The notes: a model not told the origin generated them from the letters alone. DNA of 64,000 bases from Candidatus Binatia bacterium (GCA_963666515.2 OY762897.2:448001-512000), one strand, 5' to 3'. Shown: positions 39,689 through 48,940, counted from the stretch's first letter. Translations and numbers: made by a program.

Positions 39689-40041
39689 GCGAATCGCCTG
39701 TTCCCGAGCGGGAATGGCCGGCTGTCGAACGCATCCTCGGACTGGAGTCGATGGCCCAACTCATGGGGATATCCGTGTCAAGCGCCCGTGGCTATTTCGC
39801 CGGTATTCGGACGACACCCGATGCGGTGGCGGCCCGTCTCCATTTCCTTGCCTTCGTCGTAGGCGACCTCGCGGGCGCGTACAACGATGTCGGCGTCCGT
39901 CGTTGGTTCCATCGTCCGCGCACGCTGCTGAACGGAAGCACTCCCGCCCAGTTGCTGGAAGGCAACTGGGAACCCCACGACGACGGACCTCGCCAAGTGC
40001 GTCAGTTGGCGGCCTCCCTTGGACCATCTCCGCTGACATGA
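39637..40041 (+). CDS. Xre/MbcA/ParS-like antitoxin, possibly N-terminally truncated
   Basis: HTH-like AQLMGISVSS plus C-terminal VRRWFHRP--LLNG-TPAQLL; ATGA overlap with the RES gene. Confidence 0.7.
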   Translation: MSSDRLSALLRKISVALSESPVPEREWPAVERILGLESMAQLMGISVSSARGYFAGIRTTPDAVAARLHFLAFVVGDLAGAYNDVGVRRWFHRPRTLLNGSTPAQLLEGNWEPHDDGPRQVRQLAASLGPSPLT

Positions 40042-40559
40042 TCGCCTTCCGTCACGCCGATCCCCGTTTCCCTTTTCTTTGGGAGGATTCGTCTCAGCCC
40101 GCGGGGCGCTGGAACGAGCCGGGCAGGTTGACCCACTGCTTCACCGATACCCCTGACGGCGCGTGGGCGGAGTTCCTGCGTCACGAGGAGATTGTCGATC
40201 CCGCGGACCTGGAGACGGTCCGTCGGGCGCTCTGGGCGGTTGAGATCGGCGATGAACCGGCGGTGCGGCCGGAGTTGGCGCCGGAGTCGTTGACCGGCGG
40301 TCGGGAGAGTTGGCTTGAGTGCCAGGAGGAAGCCGACCGCCTGCGAAGCAGCGGCGCATCCGGGCTCACGGCGCCGTCTGCCGCCCTTCGGTCAGGCGGC
40401 GCGCACGGATGGCGGGTTGACGGCGGCCTTCAGGCCGGGCCAACCAGGGATGGCAAGGTGTTTGCGCTCTTCGGGCCGCGCCCGGATCTGGTCGGGTGGC
40501 CGGCGACGGTCGCCGGACGGCCGGGCGACGATCTCATAGGCCGCGTGCGGCACTTCTGA
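40038..40559 (+). CDS. RES-domain toxin (NAD+-consuming family)
   Basis: R (GRWN), E (AWAE) and S (APSAA) motifs; translationally coupled to the antitoxin. Confidence 0.82.
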   Translation: MIAFRHADPRFPFLWEDSSQPAGRWNEPGRLTHCFTDTPDGAWAEFLRHEEIVDPADLETVRRALWAVEIGDEPAVRPELAPESLTGGRESWLECQEEADRLRSSGASGLTAPSAALRSGGAHGWRVDGGLQAGPTRDGKVFALFGPRPDLVGWPATVAGRPGDDLIGRVRHF

Positions 40560-40587
40560 CGGTCGATAGTCGCCACGTTGCAAGGGG

Positions 40588-40621
40588 TTGTATAGCGGCT
40601 TGAATAGATTAAACTATAGCT
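40588..40621 (+). promoter_or_regulatory. putative leaderless promoter/operator of the RHH-MazF operon
   Basis: TTGTAT-16 bp-TAAACT, 6 nt before the ATG; no RBS; TATAGC repeated at 40591 and 40615. Confidence 0.45.
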
Positions 40622-40870
40622 ATGAAAGTCATACAATTGACGATGGAGCCCGAACTCGTGGAGAGAGTGGACAAACGGGCGAAACGCCTTGGCACCACGC
40701 GCTCAGGGTTTACGCGTGAAGCGTTGAGAGTCGCTTTGGAGCGTTACGAGGAAGCGGAGTTGGAGGAGCGCCACAGGGCGGGATACCGTAAGGCACCGCC
40801 CACGAAACAGGAGTTCATTATCCCGGAAGGAGATCACGCATGGGGTGACGGCGCATGGAAAGACGAGTGA
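40622..40870 (+). CDS. ribbon-helix-helix (CopG-type) antitoxin
   Basis: IQLTM---LVERVD...TRSGFTREAL; acidic C-terminus; overlaps the toxin start (TGATG). Confidence 0.8.
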   Translation: MKVIQLTMEPELVERVDKRAKRLGTTRSGFTREALRVALERYEEAELEERHRAGYRKAPPTKQEFIIPEGDHAWGDGAWKDE

Positions 40871-41184
40871 TGCGTCGCGGTGAGATCCGCTGGTACCGAT
40901 TCGCTCGTCCGGACAAGCGCAGACCCGTGCTCGTATTGACGCGTGACTCGATCCTTTCGAGCCTCGGCGAGGTTACGGTCGCTCCGATCACCACCACCGT
41001 TCGCGGTATTCCCAGCGAGGTGACCTTGTCCGTGGATGACGGAATGCCTCGCGAATGCGCCGTGAACTGCGATCATTTACAGACGGTCTCACGAGGGAGA
41101 CTCGGGGCATTGGTGACAAGTCTCCCTGCCGGAAAGATGCAACGGGTGGCAAGGGCAGTTCGCTTTGCACTGGCCCTGCACTGA
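40870..41184 (+). CDS. mazF: PemK/MazF-family endoribonuclease toxin
   Basis: MRRGEIRW, KRRPVLVLTR, VTVAPITT, NCDHLQTV. Confidence 0.9.
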   Translation: MRRGEIRWYRFARPDKRRPVLVLTRDSILSSLGEVTVAPITTTVRGIPSEVTLSVDDGMPRECAVNCDHLQTVSRGRLGALVTSLPAGKMQRVARAVRFALALH

Positions 41185-41250
41185 CAACGGTGCTCTCATG
41201 GTCATCCCCTCTTCGGTTTTCTTCAATCCCTTGCCCCTCTCCTTCCAGAA

Positions 41251-41301
41251 AGGGGACATTTTAGCTTTGTTCAACAGGGGACATTATCGCTTTGCTCTAA
41301 C
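41251..41301. mobile_element. probable IS terminal remnant with tandem transposase-binding repeats
   Basis: AGGGGACATTTTAGCTTTG (41251) and AGGGGACATTATCGCTTTG (41276), then CTCTAAC; no transposase nearby. Confidence 0.5.
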
Positions 41302-41354
41302 TTGACCGCGGGAAACATTGGCGCGGCCATCCGTGAACGTGGCATACTCCGGTC

Positions 41355-42935
41355 ATGCGCTTCTTCAACACCACCGGCCCGGTCCGGCCCGAGAAGCACT
41401 ACGGCATCCCGGCGCTGAGCCGGCTCGATCTGGACGAGGTGCTGGCCCTTGTCCGCGACGAGCGCTACTTCGTGCTGCACGCGCCGCGGCAGACGGGCAA
41501 GACCTCGGCGCTGCTGGCGCTGCGGGACTTGCTGAACGGCGGCGCCGAAGGCGCCTACCGTTGCGTCTACGCCAACGTCGAGGCCGCCCAGGCCGCGCGC
41601 GAGGACCTGGAGCCGGCCATGCGCGCGATCCTGAACGAGCTGGCATTCCGGGCGCGCTCGACGTTGCGGGACGAATTCCTGGGCGAGGTCTGGCCGGGCA
41701 TCCTGGCCACGGCCGGCCCGGGCGGCGCGCTCGGCGAGGCGCTGAGCCGCTGGTCCGAGGCCGACCCGAGGCCGCTGGTGCTGCTCATCGACGAGATCGA
41801 CGCGCTGGTGGGCGACACCCTGCTGTCGGTGCTGCGCCAGCTTCGTGCCGGATACGACCAGCGCCCCGGGAACTTTCCCCAGAGCGTGGTGCTTTGCGGG
41901 GTGCGCGACGTGCGCGACTACCGCATCCATTCCAGCGCCGAGAAGCAGGTGGTCGCCGGCGGCAGCGCGTTCAACGTCAAGGCCGAGTCGCTGCGCCTGG
42001 GCGACTTCTCCGAGGCCGAGACGCGCCAACTCCTGACCCAGCACACGGAGGAGACCGGGCAGGGGTTCACCGAAGACGCGCTGGCCGAGGTGTGGCGGCT
42101 GACCCAGGGCCAGCCGTGGCTGGTGAACGCGCTGGCGTACGACGCCTGCTTCCGCCACAAGCCGGGGCGGGACCGCGGCCGGCCGGTCACCGGGGCCTCG
42201 GTGACCGAAGCGCGTGAGCGCCTGATCTCGCGCCGGGAGACCCACCTGGACCAGTTGGCGGACAAGCTCCAGGAGGACCGGGTGCGGCGGGTGGTGGGGC
42301 CGCTCCTGAGCGGCGGCGACGAGCGTGAGTTCTCGGCGCGGGACCTGGAATACGTGCGGGACCTGGGGCTGGTGGCGTGTGACGGGCCGCTCCGCATCGC
42401 CAATCCCATCTATGCCGAGGTGGTGCCGCGGGAGCTGACCTACGCGGCCCAGGCGGGGCTGGTGCAGGACATGGCCTGGTACGTGGACGCGGAGGGCGGG
42501 CTGGAGGTGGGGAAGCTGTTGGCGGCGTTCCAGGAGTTCTTCCGGGAGCACTCCGAGCACTGGGTGGCGCGGTTCGACTACAAGGAGGCCGGGCCGCAGC
42601 TTCTGTTGCAGGCGTTCCTGCAGCGGGTGGTGAACGGCGGCGGCCGCATCGAGCGGGAATACGGGCTGGGGCGGGGGCGCACCGACCTGCTGATCGTCTG
42701 GCCCCAGGGGGAGCGGACGCGCAGGTTCGTGATCGAGTGCAAGGTGCTGCACAAGAGCCTGGAGCGGACCATCGCCGACGGCCTTGAGCAGACCGCGGCC
42801 TATATGGACCGCTGCGCCGCGGAAGCGGGCCACCTGGTCATCTTCGACCGCGACGAAAGCCGGAGCTGGGAGGACAAGCTGTTCCACCGCCGCGAGCCCG
42901 CCGCTGGCGCCGGCATCGAGGTGTGGGGCATGTGA
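41355..42935 (+). CDS. AAA-type ATPase with C-terminal PD-(D/E)XK nuclease domain
   Basis: FFNTTGP, Walker A APRQTGKTS, Walker B LLIDEID, TQGQPWLVNAL; C-terminal GRTDLLI...FVIECK. Confidence 0.85.
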   Translation: MRFFNTTGPVRPEKHYGIPALSRLDLDEVLALVRDERYFVLHAPRQTGKTSALLALRDLLNGGAEGAYRCVYANVEAAQAAREDLEPAMRAILNELAFRARSTLRDEFLGEVWPGILATAGPGGALGEALSRWSEADPRPLVLLIDEIDALVGDTLLSVLRQLRAGYDQRPGNFPQSVVLCGVRDVRDYRIHSSAEKQVVAGGSAFNVKAESLRLGDFSEAETRQLLTQHTEETGQGFTEDALAEVWRLTQGQPWLVNALAYDACFRHKPGRDRGRPVTGASVTEARERLISRRETHLDQLADKLQEDRVRRVVGPLLSGGDEREFSARDLEYVRDLGLVACDGPLRIANPIYAEVVPRELTYAAQAGLVQDMAWYVDAEGGLEVGKLLAAFQEFFREHSEHWVARFDYKEAGPQLLLQAFLQRVVNGGGRIEREYGLGRGRTDLLIVWPQGERTRRFVIECKVLHKSLERTIADGLEQTAAYMDRCAAEAGHLVIFDRDESRSWEDKLFHRREPAAGAGIEVWGM

Positions 42936-43023
42936 GCCGCGCCGCCTTCACTCGCCCTTGGGCCGGTGGTACACAGAGGATCGACTCACACGAAGCAGGG
43001 GGCTTTCCAACCTTCTCTCTGTG

Positions 43024-44499
43024 CTAACGACTGCCGCCGCGCCCGCCACTCCGCCCTGCCACCGCGATCAACGTAAACGCCAGCGCGCTTAGCCCCAAGC
43101 ATGCCGCCGTAGTGTACGCGTACCCGTATCCATCCATGAACGCTGCCAGCAGCCGCGGACTGTCCGCGATATTCAGCGCGGCCAGGTCTTGGGGTCCGGA
43201 TTGGTTGGTGACCGCGGCCAGCCGCATGCCGACGAAGGCCGTCGCGATGGCGGTGCCCAGGGAGCGGCCGACGCTGCGGATGATGGAGATGACGGAGGAG
43301 GCGATGCCCAGGCGCTCGGGCGGGACGGAGCTGATGAGGCCGTGGTTGTTGGGGGTCTGGAACAGGCCGAGGCCGACGCCAAGGAGGGCCAGGCGCGGCA
43401 CGATCTCGGCGGGGCCGGAAACCGGGCCCAGCAGGCTCATGGCGTACATGGCCACGGCCACCACCACGGCTCCGGCGGCCGCAGGCAGGGTGGAGCCGAC
43501 GCGGTCGGTGAGCCACCCGGCCGAGGGCGACACCACCATGAGCACCAGTGCGGTGGCGGTCATCAGGGTGCCGGCCTCCAGCGGGTCCATGCGCAGCACG
43601 AGCTGGAGCAGGAACGGCATCATCAACTCGTTGGTGCTGAGAGCCACGAAGGTGGACAGGCGCGCGATGTTGCCGGCGGCAAAGGGCACGATCCGCAGCA
43701 GCGCGAGGTCGAGGATGGGGTAGGGGCAAGTCGCTTCCCGCCACACGAACAGGGCCATGAAGAGCGCGCTCAGCAGGAATCCGCCGTAGCCCAAACCGCC
43801 CCGTGTGATTCCCAGCAGCAGGAACGTCAACCCCACCGCGAACAGGCCAGCGCCGGCGAAGTCGAAGGGCTCCCGCGCCGCCCGGCTGCCCGACCTCCGG
43901 TCGTCCAGCAGGAGGAAGCGGGCGGCGGCGAAGCCGATGAAGGACAGGGCGCCGGAGATGAAGAAGATGTAGCGCCATCCCAGGGTGAAGGTGATGAATC
44001 CGCCCACCACGGGTCCCAGCGTGAAGCCGATGGCGGAGACCAGGCCGCCGGACAGGCCCATGGCCCGGCCGCGGTCCGGGCCGGTGAAAAGGGAGGCGGT
44101 CAGGGCGAAGGTGTTGGTCATCATCAGGGCCGCGCCCACGGCCTGTCCCACGCGGCAGGCCATCAACTGCGCAGGTCCCTGGGCCACTCCCGCCAGCATC
44201 GAGGCCACGCCGTAGACCAGGAAGCCGGCGGAGAAGGTGAGCTTGCGTCCGAGCAGGTCCGAGAGCCTGCCGCAGGGCAGGTACAGGGCGCCGGTCACCA
44301 GCGCGTAGACGAAGACGATCCAGCCGGCGAAAGTGATATCCGTGCGGAACTCGGTTATGATCACCGGCAGGCTTATGGTAAGCATCCCGACATCGGTGGT
44401 GGCGATGAAGACGGAGATCACGACCACCCACAGCGCCCACCAGCGGTGGTTGGGGCCGAAGATGCGGTTGTCGATGAAGTCTCTGAGCCAGGGGGTCAT
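43024..44499 (-). CDS. MFS transporter, DHA2 (EmrB/QacA-type)
   Basis: Many TM helices; GRLSDLLGRK motif A; GPVVGG; FDFAG. Confidence 0.9.
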   Translation of the reverse strand: MTPWLRDFIDNRIFGPNHRWWALWVVVISVFIATTDVGMLTISLPVIITEFRTDITFAGWIVFVYALVTGALYLPCGRLSDLLGRKLTFSAGFLVYGVASMLAGVAQGPAQLMACRVGQAVGAALMMTNTFALTASLFTGPDRGRAMGLSGGLVSAIGFTLGPVVGGFITFTLGWRYIFFISGALSFIGFAAARFLLLDDRRSGSRAAREPFDFAGAGLFAVGLTFLLLGITRGGLGYGGFLLSALFMALFVWREATCPYPILDLALLRIVPFAAGNIARLSTFVALSTNELMMPFLLQLVLRMDPLEAGTLMTATALVLMVVSPSAGWLTDRVGSTLPAAAGAVVVAVAMYAMSLLGPVSGPAEIVPRLALLGVGLGLFQTPNNHGLISSVPPERLGIASSVISIIRSVGRSLGTAIATAFVGMRLAAVTNQSGPQDLAALNIADSPRLLAAFMDGYGYAYTTAACLGLSALAFTLIAVAGRSGGRGGSR

Positions 44500-44628
44500 G
44501 GTGCGTGGGTCGGGAGCGGCCGTGAGTTCGTCCCATCCTTCTTAGCGGCTTCTTGTTCAGCACGAAAACGGTTGGAGGATACGCGGACCCGAAGCACTCG
44601 CAGCGGGGTCCCGGCAGGAGGTCAGGGT

Positions 44629-46056
44629 ATGGCCATTCGATCCGGCAGGAACTACATCGAGTCGCTGCGCGACGGCCGCGAGGTGTGGCACGCGGGGAAG
44701 CGCATCGACGACATCACCACCCATCCCGGCTTTACCGGCACCATCAAGACTCTCGCGGATCTCTACGACCGGCAGGCGTCGGCGGAAGACGGCGACACCA
44801 TGAGCGTCGCGCGGGACGGCGAGCGCATCTCCTACAGCTACCTGCCGCCGCTGAACGCGGAGGAGTTGCTCGCCAAGCGCGCCAACATCGAGCTGTGGTC
44901 CCGCGAGACCTTCGGCCAGATGGGCCGCTACCCGGAGTTCTGCGCGGAGCTGGTGGTGGGCATCCTGGACATCGCCGACACCTTGGCGGACCACGACCCG
45001 CGCTGGGGCGAAAACGCCCGGGAGTACTACCGCCACTGCATCGCCGGCGACCTGTGCCTGACCCACGCCCTGCAGGACCAGTTCTACGACCACTCGAAGC
45101 GGGTGAGCGAGCAGCCCGATCCGGACTTGGTCCTCCACGTGGTCCGGGAGACTTCGGAGGGGCCTGTGGTCCGCGGGCTCCGGAACCTCGCGACCCTGGC
45201 GCCCCTGTCCGACGAGGCGCTCGTGTACCCCAACCGGCCGCGTGACCCGGACGAGCCGGACTACGCCCTGGCCTTCGCCATCCCCATGAACGCCCCCGGA
45301 CTGAAGATCGTCTGCCGTGACCTGTACGCCGAACACGCCGACCCAGAGCGCTTTCCGATCACCGCCCGCTTCGACGAGGTGGACGCCACGCTCATCTTCG
45401 ACGACGTCCTGGTGCCCTGGAACCGCGTCTTCGCCTACCGCAAGCCCGAACTAGTGGCCGGCTTTCACCGAAGCATCCAGACCTGGGCCGCCTACGCCAC
45501 CCTGGTCCGCCTCATCATCAAGATCGAGACGTTCCTTGCGGTGGCCCAGCTCCTGACGGAATGGTCCGGCCGGCACAAGAACCCCAACTCGCAACTCCGG
45601 CTGGCCTCGTTCGTCAAGGACCTGGAAGTGCTGCGCGACTGCGTGGAGATGGGGGAGGCGCGCGCATTCCGCACAAGCGGCGGCTTGTGGGCGCCGCTGC
45701 TCACAGCGGCCTACCGGGTGCACAGCATCGAGGCGTGCGACCGGGCCATGGAGAACATGGAGGGTCTGCTGACCAGCTCGCTGGTGCTCACCGGCGGCGG
45801 CTCGGATCTGGACAACGGGGAGCTGGGGCCGCTGGTGGACCGCTACTTTCGCGGCTGCGCCCCCAGCACCCGGGAGCACCTGCGGCTGCTGGCGGTGGCG
45901 GCCGATCTGGTCATGACGCCCTTCGGCAAGCGCGGACAACTCTACGAGCGTCTTCAGAGCGGCGACCCGGACAACCAGCGGCGGCGCGCCTACGCGCAGT
46001 TCAAGGAGCGCGACGGCGCCGAGCGGATGCTGGAGTTCATCAACAAGGACTGGTGA
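44629..46056 (+). CDS. 4-hydroxyphenylacetate 3-hydroxylase (HpaB)-family flavin monooxygenase
   Basis: AGGAGG RBS before ATG 44629; YIESLRDGREVW, LATLAP, FAIPMNAPGLK, RFDEVDA-LIFDDVLVPW. Confidence 0.88.
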   Translation: MAIRSGRNYIESLRDGREVWHAGKRIDDITTHPGFTGTIKTLADLYDRQASAEDGDTMSVARDGERISYSYLPPLNAEELLAKRANIELWSRETFGQMGRYPEFCAELVVGILDIADTLADHDPRWGENAREYYRHCIAGDLCLTHALQDQFYDHSKRVSEQPDPDLVLHVVRETSEGPVVRGLRNLATLAPLSDEALVYPNRPRDPDEPDYALAFAIPMNAPGLKIVCRDLYAEHADPERFPITARFDEVDATLIFDDVLVPWNRVFAYRKPELVAGFHRSIQTWAAYATLVRLIIKIETFLAVAQLLTEWSGRHKNPNSQLRLASFVKDLEVLRDCVEMGEARAFRTSGGLWAPLLTAAYRVHSIEACDRAMENMEGLLTSSLVLTGGGSDLDNGELGPLVDRYFRGCAPSTREHLRLLAVAADLVMTPFGKRGQLYERLQSGDPDNQRRRAYAQFKERDGAERMLEFINKDW

Positions 46057-46098
46057 TGCGGCCGGCGGCAACGCCGTTCAGCGCGTGGTAGACACGAC

Positions 46099-47028
46099 AT
46101 GAGCCCTGTGGCGCCCGTTCTCAGGCGCGCCCGCTCGGTGGCCGAGATGCACTCCTTCCGGGGCGGCATCGGCAGCGCCGCGAGCCGCGCGGCGGCGCTG
46201 GCGTTCCGGCCCCGGCCCTCCGATGTCCTCATCGCCACCTTTCCCAAGTGCGGCACCACTTGGCTGCAGCAGATCGTGCACGGGCTCAGGACCCGTGGCT
46301 CCATGGACTTCGAGGAGATCACCCTGGTGGTGCCCTGGCTCGAGCTGGCGCTGGACCTCGGTATCGACCCGGATGCGCCCCAGGCGGCCGAGCCCCGCGC
46401 CTTCAAGAGCCACCTGAACTGGCACGACGTCCCCAAGGGGGGACGCTACATCACCATGGTGCGGGACCCCGGGGACGTGCTGGTGTCCATGTACCACTTC
46501 CACGAGGGTTGGCGTTTCGAGGCCGGGGCCATCACCCTGGAGGACTATTCCCGGAGTTTCTTCCTGGCCCCGGAGCGGGACCGCGGCTACTGGAAACACG
46601 TGGCCTCGTGGTGGCCGCAGCGCGGCCGTGAGGACGTGTTGATGCTGTGCTACGAGTCGGCCCTGGCGGACGTGCCCGGAACGGTGCGGCGCATCGCCGG
46701 GTTCATTGGCTGTCCGCTTGACGGCGAGCTGTTGGAGATCGTGGTCCGCCAATCCTCCATCGAGTTCATGAAGGCGCACGGAACCCGGTTCGACGACCAC
46801 GTGGTGCGGGAGGCGCGCAACGCCGCCGCCGGCCTTCCGCCCGGAGGCGCATCGTCCAAGTTGAGGAGCGGCCGGGTAGGCGACCATGTGGACAGGCTGC
46901 CGATGGACGTGCGGGCAGCCCTGGACGGCATCTGGCGGGAGGCGATGGGGGGCCGCTTCGGGCTCGCTTCCTACCGGGACATGGTGGCCGCTCTCGGCCC
47001 CGCCGACGGCTCGCTGGCCATTGGCTAG
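46099..47028 (+). CDS. PAPS-dependent sulfotransferase
   Basis: 5'-PSB loop TFPKCGTTW, KSH, 3'-PB motif RDPGDVLVS, R-G-VGD. Confidence 0.88.
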   Translation: MSPVAPVLRRARSVAEMHSFRGGIGSAASRAAALAFRPRPSDVLIATFPKCGTTWLQQIVHGLRTRGSMDFEEITLVVPWLELALDLGIDPDAPQAAEPRAFKSHLNWHDVPKGGRYITMVRDPGDVLVSMYHFHEGWRFEAGAITLEDYSRSFFLAPERDRGYWKHVASWWPQRGREDVLMLCYESALADVPGTVRRIAGFIGCPLDGELLEIVVRQSSIEFMKAHGTRFDDHVVREARNAAAGLPPGGASSKLRSGRVGDHVDRLPMDVRAALDGIWREAMGGRFGLASYRDMVAALGPADGSLAIG

Positions 47029-47882
47029 GGCGCGCCCTTTCCGTGGCCGCCTGGGCTGGTCAGGATTCGGTGCAGGTCGGCTTGGGTGTAAACGTCGCGG
47101 GCGAATTCGAAGGTGCCCGGTCCACGCAACTCATCGGCAGCCTGCCGCACCAGCGACATCGCCGCCTTGGCAAGGTTGCTGCCGACGGTCACCCGCCTGA
47201 CGCCCAGATCACGAAGCTTCGGAACCGGCGGAGTGTTCGGGCCGGCCAGCACGTTCATCGGCCCGTCGATGGCAGCGGCCAGCCGGCCGATCAGCGCGCC
47301 GTCGCTGACGAACGGCACGAACGCGCAACGGGCGCCGGCCTGGAGGTAGGCGTTGGCGCGGCGGACCGTCTCGGAAAACACGTCCTCGCCGTCACCATGA
47401 TGAAATCCGTCGGTGCGGGCATTGATGACCATCGGAATGCCCGCCGAATCGGCGACCGCGCGGGCCGCGCGGATGCGTTCCACCGCCACCGCGAACTCGA
47501 TGAGGTGTCCCGGGTTCCGCTTGTCACCGTCCTCGATGTTCATCCCGACCGCGCCGGCTCCGAGGGTCCGGCGTGTGGTTTCCGCCACGTTCTCCGGCGC
47601 GGGACCGTAACCCGCTTCCATGTCCGCCGAGACCGGAACGGGCACGGCGTTGGCGATGCGGCGCACGGCACCGGCCATTTCCCGCAAGGAGATGTTCTCG
47701 CCGTCGCGGTATCCGAGCGCGAACGCGCAGCCGCCGCTGGTGGTCGCCACCGCGGCGAAACCCGCGTCCACCAGGACACACGCGCTGATCGCATCCCACG
47801 CATTGGGCAGGACGAGAAGCTCATCGCCTTCGTGCATCGCCGCGAAGGTTTCGGCGCGTTTCTTCTGTTCGGACCTTCTCAT
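47025..47882 (-). CDS. isocitrate lyase/PEP mutase family protein
   Basis: LPNAWD, ATTS, ADMEAGYG, NIED, INARTD. Confidence 0.88.
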   Translation of the reverse strand: MRRSEQKKRAETFAAMHEGDELLVLPNAWDAISACVLVDAGFAAVATTSGGCAFALGYRDGENISLREMAGAVRRIANAVPVPVSADMEAGYGPAPENVAETTRRTLGAGAVGMNIEDGDKRNPGHLIEFAVAVERIRAARAVADSAGIPMVINARTDGFHHGDGEDVFSETVRRANAYLQAGARCAFVPFVSDGALIGRLAAAIDGPMNVLAGPNTPPVPKLRDLGVRRVTVGSNLAKAAMSLVRQAADELRGPGTFEFARDVYTQADLHRILTSPGGHGKGAP

Positions 47883-47934
47883 CGTCTCTCGCTGGCCGGA
47901 TTCCCGGCGTCACCGCGGGTTTGAAACCGGCCTG

Positions 47935-48681
47935 CTACTCGTCGTACCTCCCGTCCTTGTTGGGGACGAGCTTGCCGTCTTCGTAGTAGAAGCACCGCCC
48001 CGAATCCTCCATCGGCACCTGGGCGGCCAGCACGAACCCTTGGCCCAGGACCTCCGGCGTCGGGAGGCGCGTGAAGGCTTCCTCCGGCGCTCCCTCGGTG
48101 ACGATGGGCACCCGCGGTGAAAAGGTGACCACGCAGACGTTGGACTCCCGTACTTCCTCCGCCAGGTAGCGGCTGAAGGTCCAGATGGCGTCCTTGGTGA
48201 CCACGTAGGCGCAGGCGCCGCCGGGCGAGACGCCGCCGCCGCCGTACAGGTTGATGATGTGCCCGGAGCCGCGTGGCTCCATGTGGGCGAGCGCGTGCTT
48301 GGAGCAGAGGAAGGTGCCTCCCAGGTTGGTCTGGATGACCTTGTCCCAGAAGTTCACGTCCATGTCCTTGATCAGCGGCCAGCGGGGGATGCCCCAGGCG
48401 AAATGCGGCACGATGGCGGCGTCGTTCACCAGCACGTCGACCTGCCCGAACCGGTATATGACTTCGTCGAACGCCCGCCGGACCGCCTTCTCGTCCCGCA
48501 CGTCCGCGTTGATGCCCAGGGCGTCGGTCATCTCGCCCAGCTCGGGGCCGGTCTTGTCGAGCCATTCCTGGCTCACGTCGATGATGACGACCTTGGCCTT
48601 CTCCCGCGCGAACGTCAGCGCAGCATGGCGTCCGATGCCCTTGCCGCCGCCCGTGACCACGACCACTTTGCCTTCCAGCAT
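47935..48681 (-). CDS. short-chain dehydrogenase/reductase
   Basis: TGGGKGIG, DVLVNDA, YVVTK. Confidence 0.88.
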   Translation of the reverse strand: MLEGKVVVVTGGGKGIGRHAALTFAREKAKVVIIDVSQEWLDKTGPELGEMTDALGINADVRDEKAVRRAFDEVIYRFGQVDVLVNDAAIVPHFAWGIPRWPLIKDMDVNFWDKVIQTNLGGTFLCSKHALAHMEPRGSGHIINLYGGGGVSPGGACAYVVTKDAIWTFSRYLAEEVRESNVCVVTFSPRVPIVTEGAPEEAFTRLPTPEVLGQGFVLAAQVPMEDSGRCFYYEDGKLVPNKDGRYDE

Positions 48682-48728
48682 GTCGATCCTCCAATTGGCA
48701 GTTCTGCTCCTCCGTCATTCCCGCGAAA

Positions 48729-48921
48729 CAGGCTGTGGCAAAATTCGCGAGGCAGACACGTTACCAATACGTCATTCCGGCGAAAGCCGGAATCCAGGGG
48801 TGGAGAGGGGTGCATCGTGCGTGTTTCTCCGCCCCACCCTCCTGGATTCCGGCTTTCGCCGGAATGACGATTCGAGCGTCGTCGCTTCTCCGCACGCAGG
48901 ACGGAGTTTCGACACAGCCTG
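48729..48921. mobile_element. 193-bp MITE with 18-bp imperfect terminal inverted repeats and GAAA target duplication
   Basis: CAGGCTGTGGCAAAATTC / GAGTTTCGACACAGCCTG (15/18 match); GAAA at 48725-48728 and 48922-48925. Confidence 0.7.
48771..48868. repeat. REP-like inverted pair inside the MITE
   Basis: Perfect GTCATTCCGGCGAAAGCCGGAATCCAGG arms. Confidence 0.9.
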
Positions 48922-48940
48922 GAAAGCGCGAATCCATAAC

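Noticed and set aside
37140-42935. Integron cassette array
   Set aside because: No convincing attC sites and no integrase seen by eye.
43189-46056. Apparent 955-aa fusion ending in HpaB; similar cases at 55468..58413, 15827..17614, 27787..29541 and 57558..59291
   Set aside because: The N-terminal parts overlap other real genes; internal starts with an RBS or a coupled stop/start give normal-length proteins.
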